This document shows, in pieces, positions 17,928 to 27,070 of a DNA stretch of 28,021 nucleotides. The notes beneath the pieces are model-generated. The model saw only the letters and a program-made list of their open reading frames with translations, did not search any database and had not been told where the DNA came from. Position numbers and translations under genes: made by a program. The stretch is from Verrucomicrobiota bacterium. GTDB taxonomy: Bacteria > Verrucomicrobiota > Verrucomicrobiia > Opitutales > Seribacteraceae. The stretch's first letter is position 1, and the number at the start of each line of letters is the position of its first letter. Where the stretch lies: the NCBI GenBank assembly GCA_027622665.1, contig JAQBYT010000048.1, forward strand, positions 1-28,021, given 5' to 3'.

Positions 17928-19059
17928 CTACTTCTCTACCTCAACCCCTGCATCCGCGACCAGCTTTTCAGCCAGAGTAATACCGCCCCACGGGATTATG
18001 CCCTGCAGATGATAACCTAAGGAATAGTTATCTCTCTTTTTATCAAAGCTGTAGGAGTCTGGCATACTTTTGAGAAACAGTTTTTTGAATTTTCGGTTTA
18101 CTGTTCAGCAAAGAGTCCGGCAAGGGCCGCTTCTCGGTAACCGAGGAACTGAATGCCATCTGCAGCCTTTTCTTCTTTGAGCCAGTCAGCAACTAAGACG
18201 ATGTATTTGGCCCATTCGCCGACAAGAGTTTTACCGAGCCACCATAAGGCACGCGCAGTATTGGTATGTGCTTTGTCATCTTCTCCGACAAGGTCATCTC
18301 CTGTTTCGCCGGTAAGCGGCAGATCAAAGGCAATTATGCCATTGCTGTTTTTCACAAATGCCTCGTCGTTAAAGAGATATTTTTTTGCCGTTACGGTGTA
18401 CCGCAACAAGCCAGTCATTGCCTTTTTCCGGAGCTGAGATCAGTGCAGGCAATACCAGACTGTCGCTGGTTTTAAAAGTAACTTTCCTGAAACTGCGGCC
18501 TGCTATATTCACATCGCCATGCTCATGAACAGCTTTAATTTGGTTGTCAAACTTCAAGCAGAGGATTCTGATCAACTCCTGCCTTTTTTTGATCAGCGTC
18601 AAATTCTGTAGCGACTTTAATTTCAGTTGCCCTTTTAGTGCAGTATTCAGCAATCCCAGTTATATGTTCAGGTCTTGTTCCCTTTTTGAAAACCATAACT
18701 TCGTCTTCACTGAGTGTCTTGACAGGAGTTTCCGCAATTGCAGAACCATCTCCCTTACTTTAAAGAAATCTCTCAAACCAGCCAAGCATAGTCTCTCTTA
18801 TCTCAGGCCAGTAACCATGCGGAGTATTGAAAACTTCATTGGCAATACTGTTACCCGAACCATAAAATCTGTAAATTCCTTTTGCCCCCTTGTAGGAACG
18901 TAGCATTTCTTCAGGATAGAAGGTAGGATTCTTGTCATGCAATGCATTGCGAATTTGGAGGGCGCGTGGTGCGGCAAGAGCCAAGACATGACTTTCTTCA
19001 GTATATTCCATACCTCCCGGTAGACACTCGCAAATACAATTCAATAAATGACGCAGCAT
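17928..19059 (-). pseudogene. Degraded C-terminal half of an acetylxylan-esterase-like double alpha/beta hydrolase
   Basis: Pieces join into one protein: 'CICECLPGG...LALAAPRAL...HGYWPEIRETMLGWF', 'FDLPLTGE...ALWWLGKTLVGEWA', 'HLQGIIPWGG'. Lesions are TAA 18760-18762, +1 frameshifts in A7 runs (18584-18590 and 18380-18386), a frameshift near 18100, and a missing 5' part. Confidence 0.7.
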
Positions 19060-19154
19060 CTACGTACCCAGATAGAGTCTGCCGCTCATTGGATCGATCG
19101 AGTCAGTGGGTGCCCGACTCTTGGCTTGGTTTTGGTCATGATGACCACCCGGCC

Positions 19155-20096
19155 ATGAGCGGAGCGAGCTACCTAATGAAACCTGAGGAGATTTGGGCCA
19201 TGCCACTTCGAGCAAAAAACGGTATCAAAAAGGAACCTTTGAGCTTTACCAAGGGTAGCGGGTTGAGGATCGTTGGTACCGGGCACAGTTGGATGAGGCC
19301 GGGCTATGGTACGCTTCCGCACATTGCCCGAGCAGCCGGATTCGAGCAACGCATGCGCCTCAATACCCGTGGAGGGGAAGCTGGAGGCGCCCGTATGATG
19401 TGGGAACTCGAAAACGGTGTTCTTTCCAGCAAAGGGAAACCCTTCCCCGTCTGTATGGCCGCTATCGCGACAGGTCAATGGGACGTCATGATGTGGGGCA
19501 GCTATACCAACGATCGTCCGGAGTACTATTTCGGTTGGATCGAGTTCTGCCTCAAGTATAATCCGAGGATGGAGTTCTATCGCTTCAACGGATGGCCGCA
19601 GTGGGCCGATGGTTTTGGCGAGGGCGACAGGGAACCTCGGATCGAGAACTACCGTGCCTTTGCCAATAAACGCAGCCAGGCGGTCACGACCAAGCTGATG
19701 GCCGAAATCGACAAACGTTACCCTGGAAAAGTTCATGTCTTGCCTACTAACGAGGCGATGCTTCTGGCCCTCGAACTTTACTTCCAAGGGAAGTTGGACG
19801 GGATCAATGGACTCAATCGCAGGGTAGATGGAAAAAGCCCTTCCATTTGGAGCGACGGCGGGCACCTCGGCAAGGGTATGAACTGGCTCGAGGGCTACGT
19901 GTTCTATGCCACGCTTTATAAAAGGTCACCCGAGCTGATCAAGTCAAGTCCTCCGGAAAAAGTGCTCTCCGCCGAACTGGACAAGGTGTTTCGGAAGACT
20001 GCCTGGCAGGCCGTCGTGAACAATCCGCTTCCCGGTGTTTTCGACAGAAACGGCAACGGTATTGGTGATGAGATCGAGTCTCCTAAGGAAAAATGA
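19155..20096 (+). CDS. SGNH-like hydrolase (DUF4886-like), probably 5'-truncated
   Basis: 'IVGTGHSW' (G-x-S block I), 'WDVMMWG', 'WSDGGHL' (DxxH). No signal peptide; the ORF-track extension to 18942 is antisense to the upstream pseudogene. Start uncertain. Confidence 0.6.
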   Translation: MSGASYLMKPEEIWAMPLRAKNGIKKEPLSFTKGSGLRIVGTGHSWMRPGYGTLPHIARAAGFEQRMRLNTRGGEAGGARMMWELENGVLSSKGKPFPVCMAAIATGQWDVMMWGSYTNDRPEYYFGWIEFCLKYNPRMEFYRFNGWPQWADGFGEGDREPRIENYRAFANKRSQAVTTKLMAEIDKRYPGKVHVLPTNEAMLLALELYFQGKLDGINGLNRRVDGKSPSIWSDGGHLGKGMNWLEGYVFYATLYKRSPELIKSSPPEKVLSAELDKVFRKTAWQAVVNNPLPGVFDRNGNGIGDEIESPKEK

Positions 20097-21778
20097 TGAA
20101 AAGATTACTCATGCTGTGCGCTTTGAGCGTTCAGGGGGCTCCGAACCCTAATCAGGCGATTGATCCCGAGCTGGAGCTGAGCTTGCTGGCATCGGGCATT
20201 CGGGAAGGCATGGAAATGACGGTTGCCTCCGATGGACGAGTCTTCATCGCCGAGCGGCCGGGCAAGGTAAAACTCTTTTCTCCCGACAAGCCCGGGCAAT
20301 TGATTGAATTGATCGACCTGAAGTCGGATACGCGTTGCGAGGCAGGGCTCATCGGCATCGCCTTGGATCCGGGGTTCGACCAAAACCACTGGATCTATTT
20401 GCAACACACTGTGCCGGTGCAAGGGGACAAGGCGCACTACGAGCATCGACTGGGTCGTTTCGTTTTTCAGGACGAAAAGATCGATCCTGCCTCCGAGAAG
20501 GTGTTGCTCAAGATACGGGCCGACTCGGTCAAGCGTATCCACGAGTCCGGATCCATTGCCTTTGGTCCCGATGGGTTGCTTTATCTCTCGGTGGGCGACA
20601 ACCAGATACGTTCGGAATACCTCTACTCTTGCAAGACCTCGGCCAACAGCAACGACCTGCGTGGGAAAATCCTTCGCATACGGCCCACCAAGGAAGGCGG
20701 ATATGAAATTCCGAAAGGCAACCTGTTTCCACCGGGCACCCCGAAAACACTTCCCGAAATCTACGTCATGGGGCTGCGCAATCCGTTTCGCATTCACGTC
20801 GATCAAAAGACCGGTTGGTTGCTCTGGGGAGAGAATGGTCCGCCCAACAACTGGGCGCCCGGCACCAAGCTCGATAAAAAGACAATTCCCCTTGGTTACG
20901 ACGAGTTCAACTTGGCCAAGGACCCAGGTTTTCATGGCTACCCACTGATCATCGCGAACCAACAACCTTTCACGCACTACGATTACGAGACCAAGAAGGG
21001 CGGTCCGGCCATCGACCCCAAGGCTCCGGTCAACCTGCACAAGGGGAACACCGGGATACGGGAACTGTCGCCCGCTCAACCGCCACTCATTTGGTACGAA
21101 GGCAACCAGAAGGAATTTCCCGAACTGGGCGGCGGCGGAGAGTCGGCCATCGCTGGGCCCATCTTTCGCGAAAACGCCGCCTATTCCAAGAAGCTTGGAC
21201 TGCCCGACCGGTTCGACGGGTGCTGGCTGATCGGCGAATATTCCCGGGGCTGGGTAAAGGCCGTGAAACTGGATGACAAAGGAGAGATCGAGGAAATACG
21301 CCCCGTGCTCCCCACCTTGCGCCTCGGCAAGCCCACCAACCTCAAAATTGGCCCCAAGGGACGCCTCCACGTGCTCTATTACACCAAGGACAACAAAGGT
21401 ACCCTCGTGCGACTCGAAAACAAGGGAGCGACGGAAGGTGCCATTGCCCCCGCACTGATAATGGGGTTAGAGGCACCTCCAAGGCAATTGAAGAAATCCA
21501 AGGAGGCTTGGGCGGGTTACCAGTTGATGAGAAAGAGCGACTGCCTCAATTGCCACCAGTGGACGCGTGCCTTCGTGGCCCCGCCTTATTTTCAAATTTC
21601 CGAACGCTACAAGGCGGATCCCGTCGCCGCCGAAACCTTGACCCAAAAAGTGCTCAAGGGAGGCGTCGGCGTGTGGGGTCAAATCCCGATGGTGCCCCAT
21701 CCTCAGCATAGCGCCGAGGATGCTCGATCGATGGTCGACGCGATCCTGTACCTCAACCAATTGAAGCCCAAGAAGTGA
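20093..21778 (+). CDS. PQQ-dependent glucose/sorbosone dehydrogenase-like propeller fused to class I cytochrome c
   Basis: 'GLIGIALDPGF', 'IAFGPDGLLYLSVGDN', 'RGKILRI', 'EIYVMGLRNPFR'. C-terminal 'CLNCH' with distal Met in 'GVWGQIPMVPH'. ATGA overlap with the upstream gene. Confidence 0.88.
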   Translation: MMKRLLMLCALSVQGAPNPNQAIDPELELSLLASGIREGMEMTVASDGRVFIAERPGKVKLFSPDKPGQLIELIDLKSDTRCEAGLIGIALDPGFDQNHWIYLQHTVPVQGDKAHYEHRLGRFVFQDEKIDPASEKVLLKIRADSVKRIHESGSIAFGPDGLLYLSVGDNQIRSEYLYSCKTSANSNDLRGKILRIRPTKEGGYEIPKGNLFPPGTPKTLPEIYVMGLRNPFRIHVDQKTGWLLWGENGPPNNWAPGTKLDKKTIPLGYDEFNLAKDPGFHGYPLIIANQQPFTHYDYETKKGGPAIDPKAPVNLHKGNTGIRELSPAQPPLIWYEGNQKEFPELGGGGESAIAGPIFRENAAYSKKLGLPDRFDGCWLIGEYSRGWVKAVKLDDKGEIEEIRPVLPTLRLGKPTNLKIGPKGRLHVLYYTKDNKGTLVRLENKGATEGAIAPALIMGLEAPPRQLKKSKEAWAGYQLMRKSDCLNCHQWTRAFVAPPYFQISERYKADPVAAETLTQKVLKGGVGVWGQIPMVPHPQHSAEDARSMVDAILYLNQLKPKK

Positions 21779-22470
21779 CGGTCATGGGAAAGGAATTGCA
21801 AGCCGTGGTCTTCGACATGGACGGGGTCATCATCGAGAGTGAGATGACACACTACCGTGCAATTTGCGAGGCAATGGGAGAGAAAATGAAGGTTTCTTAC
21901 CAAACCTTTCTCAAAAAATGTACCGGAGGCGACGAGCGTTTTGCCATGGGCAAAATGGCTGCTTTCTCAGATATGTCATATGATGAGGAACTTTTTCAAG
22001 AATGGTCTCGGCGAAAGGGCAAAGCTTATATGCGTCTGGTATCGGAAGAGGCTTGCGCGATGCCCGGGGCTATTGAGCTTGTTGAATCGGTTGCTGAACA
22101 ATTGCCTATTGGTTTGGCCACGGGTTCCCGCCGATCCGACGTGGATGCAGCCTTGCATGTCCTTGGTGGTGGGTGCTTGGAAGGACTCTTTCAAACAATC
22201 GTGACCTCGGGAGATGTGGATAACCCAAAGCCCCATCCGGCGACCGACTCCAAAGCTGTGGAAGATTTGGGTGTCGAACCATCCGCTTGCTTTGCAATCG
22301 AGGACTCACCCAACGGGATAGCTTCCGCTGTAGGGGCCGGTCTTCGCGTAATTGGAGTGGCCGTGATGCACGATGCATCCAAGTTGTCTATGGCTGAGAG
22401 GATTGTGTCTACTTTGGTTGACGTATCTCTGGTCGGTTTGAGACAATGGTTCGCCGAACCCTTTGTTTGA
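21775..22470 (+). CDS. HAD-superfamily phosphatase (beta-phosphoglucomutase-like)
   Basis: 'VFDMDGV' motif I, 'LATGS' motif II, 'KPHP' motif III, 'IEDSPNG' motif IV. GTGA overlap; alternative ATG at 21784. Confidence 0.9.
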   Translation: MTVMGKELQAVVFDMDGVIIESEMTHYRAICEAMGEKMKVSYQTFLKKCTGGDERFAMGKMAAFSDMSYDEELFQEWSRRKGKAYMRLVSEEACAMPGAIELVESVAEQLPIGLATGSRRSDVDAALHVLGGGCLEGLFQTIVTSGDVDNPKPHPATDSKAVEDLGVEPSACFAIEDSPNGIASAVGAGLRVIGVAVMHDASKLSMAERIVSTLVDVSLVGLRQWFAEPFV

Positions 22471-22590
22471 GCCTCGCCCCTTTCTCTTATCGATTCTTTC
22501 ATGGCCAAAATGAACAACGAAGCTAGCGGCTTGAATGATTTGATTGTGGGGGTGATTTAAAGTAAGGTCTTTCAGTTAACTGAACTTGCT

Positions 22591-23508
22591 GTGAAAAACT
22601 CCTTTACGATAGTAGGCCTTGGCGAAGCTGTTTTTGACGTATTCCCTGACAAGGAGGTACTGGGAGGAACTTCACTAAACGTTGCCGTTCAGGCTCATCA
22701 ACTGCAAGCACCGCTTGGTGGACGCGGAGTGCTCTTGAGCCGTATTGGCAGTGACGACCTAGGGAACCGATTACAGGAGGAATTCACCAGTCGAAATCTT
22801 CCCCGGGAGTTTGTTCAGGTCGATCCGGTTAAACCGACGGGGCAAGTGCTTGTGAGTTTCATTGACGGAGCGCCTAGCTATGAAATCGTAATGGACACGG
22901 CTTGGGATCATCTTCAATTCACTGGGCGCGAAGCGGAACTTGCAGCGGTTTGCGATGCAGTGAGCTTCGGTACCATGAGTCAACGCCATCCTGTGGCTCA
23001 CAGGGCTACGCAAGCGTTTTTGGCAGAGGCAAAAAACGCCCTGAAGATTTTTGACGTTAACTTGCGTATGGATCTCTTCTCGGCCCAGATCCTCGATGAA
23101 GGTTGCCGTGTTGCGAATTTGGTCAAACTCAATGATGAGGAAATTGAGATTGTTGCCTCCATGCTCGATCTACCTTCCGGTGATTCCCGTTTGGGTGCGG
23201 AAGCGTTGCTGGAAAACTACGACTTGGAGGCCGTGATCTTCACCAGAGGCAAACGGGGTACCGCCGCTTACACAGCCAAAGGCTGGGTGGAGGGAGATCC
23301 CGCGAGTTTTCCCCTAGCCGAGAATGCCGATAGCGTTGGGGCCGGCGATGCCTGTACGGCCGCTTTGCTTACTGCTCGTTTGCTGGGGCGTCCATGGCAG
23401 GCGGCGCTGGATATGGCCAATCGACACGGGGCATTTGTTGCCAGCCAACCAGGAGCCACACCGCGATTGCCTACGGAGATATTGAAATCGTACAAGCTGG
23501 CAAGCTAG
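22591..23508 (+). CDS. PfkB-family carbohydrate kinase (fructokinase-like)
   Basis: 'GLGEAVFD', 'GGTSLNVA', 'FDVNLR', 'KLNDEE', 'DSVGAGDA'. Confidence 0.92.
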   Translation: MKNSFTIVGLGEAVFDVFPDKEVLGGTSLNVAVQAHQLQAPLGGRGVLLSRIGSDDLGNRLQEEFTSRNLPREFVQVDPVKPTGQVLVSFIDGAPSYEIVMDTAWDHLQFTGREAELAAVCDAVSFGTMSQRHPVAHRATQAFLAEAKNALKIFDVNLRMDLFSAQILDEGCRVANLVKLNDEEIEIVASMLDLPSGDSRLGAEALLENYDLEAVIFTRGKRGTAAYTAKGWVEGDPASFPLAENADSVGAGDACTAALLTARLLGRPWQAALDMANRHGAFVASQPGATPRLPTEILKSYKLAS

Positions 23509-23510
23509 TG

Positions 23511-23532
23511 AATTATTCGTTGGGATAATTGC
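23511..23532. repeat. Copy 2 of the 22-bp imperfect palindromic intergenic repeat
   Basis: AATTATTCGTTGGGATAATTGC, with inverted arms AATTAT/ATAATT. Confidence 0.5.
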
Positions 23533-23550
23533 TTCCGAAAAGGACACGGA

Positions 23551-23896
23551 GTCATGTTTGCCTATGATTCGGGAAACATATAGGGCAGGTAGACCTCGCG
23601 ATCCTTGGCCTTGGCAGGTTCTGGCTAGAGTGACAGCGATGGATGTGCCCTCGAGCTTGTGCGGGGTTTGTGGGAGGTCGCATAGCTCGACGAAGGTGGG
23701 ATGCATGTCGATGAGGCTGACCGTGACGTCGGAGGTGCCGCCTTTTGCGATTCCCGGCCCAAACGAAGGGAATTTTTGAGGTGAGTTCTTATAGGGTATG
23801 TTTTCCCCTGTCGCCTTTTTCGCCGGGATGGTAGCCGTGGTCGGACCACCGGATGACCACGGTTTCGTCGGCGTAGCGGCTGGCGTCGAGAGCGTC
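23551..23896 (-). pseudogene. Degraded internal fragment of an iduronate-sulfatase-like S1 sulfatase
   Basis: The minus strand reads '[45 protein letters not shown]', frameshift, 'GPGIAKG...[17 protein letters not shown]...LEGTSI', frameshift, '[13 protein letters not shown]'. Stops at 23789-23791 and 23562-23564. Confidence 0.8.
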
Positions 23897-24499
23897 GGTC
23901 GCGTACTGGATGCTCTCGAAAAGGGTCCGCATGCCGAGAACACGATCATCGTCCTATTCAGTGACCATGGTTACCACATCGGAGAGAAGGATCGCGTGAG
24001 CAAACACAGCTTGTGGGAGGAGTCGACTCGTGTGCCGCTCGCCTTCGTGCCCGCAAAGTCGCAAGGTGGAAAGTTCGGGAATTCGGGACTCCTTTGCTCT
24101 AAACCGGTCGGACTAATCGACGTCTATCCTACCTTGCTGGATCTCTGCGGGTTGCCTGCAAAGTCGCGCAACCAAGGTCAAAGCCTTGCCCCGCTCATGC
24201 GGAAACCGAAAGGGGATTGGCGTTTTTCCACTCTGACCACTTACGCCCGGGGCAACTACTCCTTACGTTCCGAACGCTATCGTTATTTGCGATTCGAAGA
24301 TGGTTCGGAAGAGCTGTACGACCACGAAGAAGATCCGAACGAGTGGACGAATCTGGCGTCCCGAAAAAAGCTAGTTCCTTTGCTGGAGCGATTTCGCCGA
24401 GAGCTTCCCGCTAAGGAGGCTCCCTATCATCCCGCCGTCCGCAAGGGCGCCGTCAACGCTTGGTTCGCCGAACACCTAAGCCGCAACGGCATCAAGTGA
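23891..24499 (+). pseudogene. C-terminal part of an iduronate-sulfatase-like S1 sulfatase (5' half lost)
   Basis: '[32 protein letters not shown]...KHSLWEESTRVP...DVYPTL...EELYDHEEDPNEWTNLA'. No CxPxR. Sequence upstream of 23891 is antisense of another sulfatase. Confidence 0.85.
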
Positions 24500-24535
24500 T
24501 GTTCCATTAGGGAGTTAGCCGTCGGCCTTTATTTG

Positions 24536-25381
24536 CTACAGTTCTCCGGTCAATTCGCGTAGGCCCTTCAAGTTTTCCTTGAGTACGATTTCTACGTCTC
24601 TTGACGCAACGTGACCCAGAATCCCGATGGGGCCTTCGTACCCGACTTTGAGAATGGTCTTCATCATCGATGCCTCGTTTTGGCCTTGGCCAATAGGAAG
24701 AATCTTTTGAAATCCTTGGCCCTTCTTCGCCATCCCGTTGAGGTTGAGACAAAGTAAATAGGGATTCATTATGGCAAGGCTTTCGGAAAAGTCGTCCACA
24801 TGTTCGTGCCCATGGTGAAAGTTGTAAACGATACCTATGTTCTTGTGGCCTTGTTTGTGAAGCGCTTGGCATACCGCGACCAAGTTGGCGGGTTCGCCTC
24901 CCCAACCACCGTGGTTGTAGAGTCCCAGTTTTAGCCCGAGTCGCTCGCATTTCTTCACCAGCGAAAGTATGGACTTGGCGGCGACATTCACTTTGACTTC
25001 CTGAGTCTCGCCCTTGGGCGAACCGAGGGTTTTCCAGATCTGCGGTTTTATACCGTGCTTTTTGATGAGCGGTTCGAATGAGTCGTGCCAACTCCAGAAG
25101 GCGAAGAACTCTATGTCCCGTTTCTTGTACTCGATGATTTCCTGCTCGAAGGTGGGGACGTGTTCGCCGCGCCAGTCGTAGGCGATTTTGGTGAATCCTA
25201 GACGCTTCGCCATTTCCGCACGCTCGGCGGGTCCTCGTTTCTTGGCGTCGAAGGGAACGATGCACCAGGCCACCAAGTTGTCCAGGGCAAAGACTTTTTC
25301 CACTCCCGTTTTTGCCAGGAGTGGAACGGGCAGAAGTATCGTAAGCAATAGGGAGAGTGTTTTCACGAAAGTATTCCTCAT
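24536..25381 (-). CDS. Xylose-isomerase-like TIM-barrel (sugar phosphate isomerase/epimerase family) protein with signal peptide
   Basis: Start MRNTF at 25381 with a signal peptide. Motifs 'LVAWCIVPFD', 'LYNHGGWGGEP', 'VYNFHHGH', 'GYEGPIGILGH'. Confidence 0.78.
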   Translation of the reverse strand: MRNTFVKTLSLLLTILLPVPLLAKTGVEKVFALDNLVAWCIVPFDAKKRGPAERAEMAKRLGFTKIAYDWRGEHVPTFEQEIIEYKKRDIEFFAFWSWHDSFEPLIKKHGIKPQIWKTLGSPKGETQEVKVNVAAKSILSLVKKCERLGLKLGLYNHGGWGGEPANLVAVCQALHKQGHKNIGIVYNFHHGHEHVDDFSESLAIMNPYLLCLNLNGMAKKGQGFQKILPIGQGQNEASMMKTILKVGYEGPIGILGHVASRDVEIVLKENLKGLRELTGEL

Positions 25382-25395
25382 TCCAATGTTCCCGA

Positions 25396-26424
25396 TTAAT
25401 TCGTTACCTCGATAATCGCCTTGAGTACACCGGTTTCGGGTCTGGTGAGGGAGTCGAAGCGTTCGACGACTTCGTCGAAGGGTACGCGATGAGTGATCCA
25501 CTGATCGGTGTTTATCGTCCCGTCCTCGATCAGGCCGATTATCCTCGGGAAATCACTGGGCAAGGCATTGCGCGAGGCGAGAAGATTCATTTCCTTTCGA
25601 TGTAGGGCCGGGTGGACGAAGGAGATTTCCTGCGTAGTGATACCGACGTATACCAAGGATCCCGTGTGGGCTACGTAATCGAGGGCATTTGACATGGAGC
25701 GATTGTTTCCCGTGGCGTCGGTCACGACGTCGAAGAGGTTTCCGCCCGTGATTTCCTTGAACCGATCGAGTTCGGAGCCATCTCCCTTGAAGGTGATTAG
25801 GTTTTCGATGCCGTAGGTGTCTCGACAGAAATTCAGCCGCTCCTCGGACATGTCCATTATGGTGATTACGGCACCCGTGAGGCGCGTGAACTCGAGGGTG
25901 GCGAGTCCAATGGGACCCGCCCCGATAACCAAAACGTGTTGCCCCTCTTCCGGTGCGCCCCTGTCCGTGGCATGGCAACCGATGGCGAGAGTTTCAACTA
26001 GGGCGAGCTGTTCATAGCTCAGTTTTTCCGAGGGATGGAGCTTGTCGGCCCGGATAAGCGATCTTTCACAAAGCCCACCGTTCATCATGACCCCGAATAC
26101 CTTTAGGCTTTCACAGCAGTTGACTTGGCCCTTGGAGCATGCGTGGCATTCCCCGCAATTCAGATAGGGCTCCACGCTGCATCGGTCTCCCGCTTTAACG
26201 TTGTCGACTCCTTCGCCGACGGCAACGACCTCGACTCCCAGTTCGTGTCCGGGGATGCGCGGGTAATCGAAGAAAGGAAATTTTCCCAAATAGCAACTCA
26301 CGTCGGTCCCGCAAATTCCCATTCGCGAAGTCCGCATTAGAGCTTGTCCGGGACCCGGTTGTTTGGGTTCCTCGATCTCTATGGCTTTGAATTCTTTTGG
26401 CGCTGTAAGTTGTAAGGCTTTCAT
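25396..26424 (-). CDS. Zinc-binding (MDR) alcohol dehydrogenase, sugar-acid dehydrogenase-like
   Basis: 'GICGTD', 'PGHE', structural Zn site 'CGECHAC...NCC', Rossmann motif 'GAGPIG'. Confidence 0.92.
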   Translation of the reverse strand: MKALQLTAPKEFKAIEIEEPKQPGPGQALMRTSRMGICGTDVSCYLGKFPFFDYPRIPGHELGVEVVAVGEGVDNVKAGDRCSVEPYLNCGECHACSKGQVNCCESLKVFGVMMNGGLCERSLIRADKLHPSEKLSYEQLALVETLAIGCHATDRGAPEEGQHVLVIGAGPIGLATLEFTRLTGAVITIMDMSEERLNFCRDTYGIENLITFKGDGSELDRFKEITGGNLFDVVTDATGNNRSMSNALDYVAHTGSLVYVGITTQEISFVHPALHRKEMNLLASRNALPSDFPRIIGLIEDGTINTDQWITHRVPFDEVVERFDSLTRPETGVLKAIIEVTN

Positions 26425-26584
26425 TGGTAGATTTCAGAACGCATAGCGGAAACGCTTGCAACAAGCGACTCTCTTTCAAGAAGAAGTTCGACTCGCAATC
26501 AAGAAATGATTCCTTGATGATACAAAAGGAATTGCGAGAACCCATCCCCTTTAACCATCCATTCAATCATCGATAACTTTAATT

Positions 26585-27043
26585 ATGAGCATCGAAGCCA
26601 AACTTGCCGAAATGAACCTAACGCTTCCGCCACCTCCTCCCAAGGGCGGTGTCTACCAGTCCCTACTTGTGGTGGGCGATCAAGCCTTCTTTTCCGGGCA
26701 CGTCCCCGTGTTGCCCGATGGATCCATGCTTACGGGACGGGTGGGGGATGAAGTGGATTTGGAGGCCGCGCAAACTGCTGCTCGTCAAGTGGGCCTATGC
26801 ATACTTGCCACGGCAAAAGACAAGCTCGGTTCGCTCGATCGCATAAAGCGCGTGGTGAAACTCTTCGGCATGGTAAACTGCACGGCGGATTTCAAGCAGC
26901 ATCCTCAAGTCATCAACGGGTGCAGCGAACTTTTTCGCGACCTCTGGGGAGAAGACTTGGGTGTCGGCGTTCGCAGCGCCGTGGGAATGGGTTCCCTCCC
27001 GGGCAACGTCTCCGTGGAAATCGAAGGGGCGTTTCAAGTCTAG
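26585..27043 (+). CDS. RidA/YjgF/YER057c/UK114 family protein
   Basis: 'FSGHVP', 'RVVKLFGMVN', 'PQVINGCSELF', 'RSAVGMGSLPGNVSVEIE'. Confidence 0.9.
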   Translation: MSIEAKLAEMNLTLPPPPPKGGVYQSLLVVGDQAFFSGHVPVLPDGSMLTGRVGDEVDLEAAQTAARQVGLCILATAKDKLGSLDRIKRVVKLFGMVNCTADFKQHPQVINGCSELFRDLWGEDLGVGVRSAVGMGSLPGNVSVEIEGAFQV

Positions 27044-27070
27044 TTCCAGCTATTTCTATCCGTTTGATAT

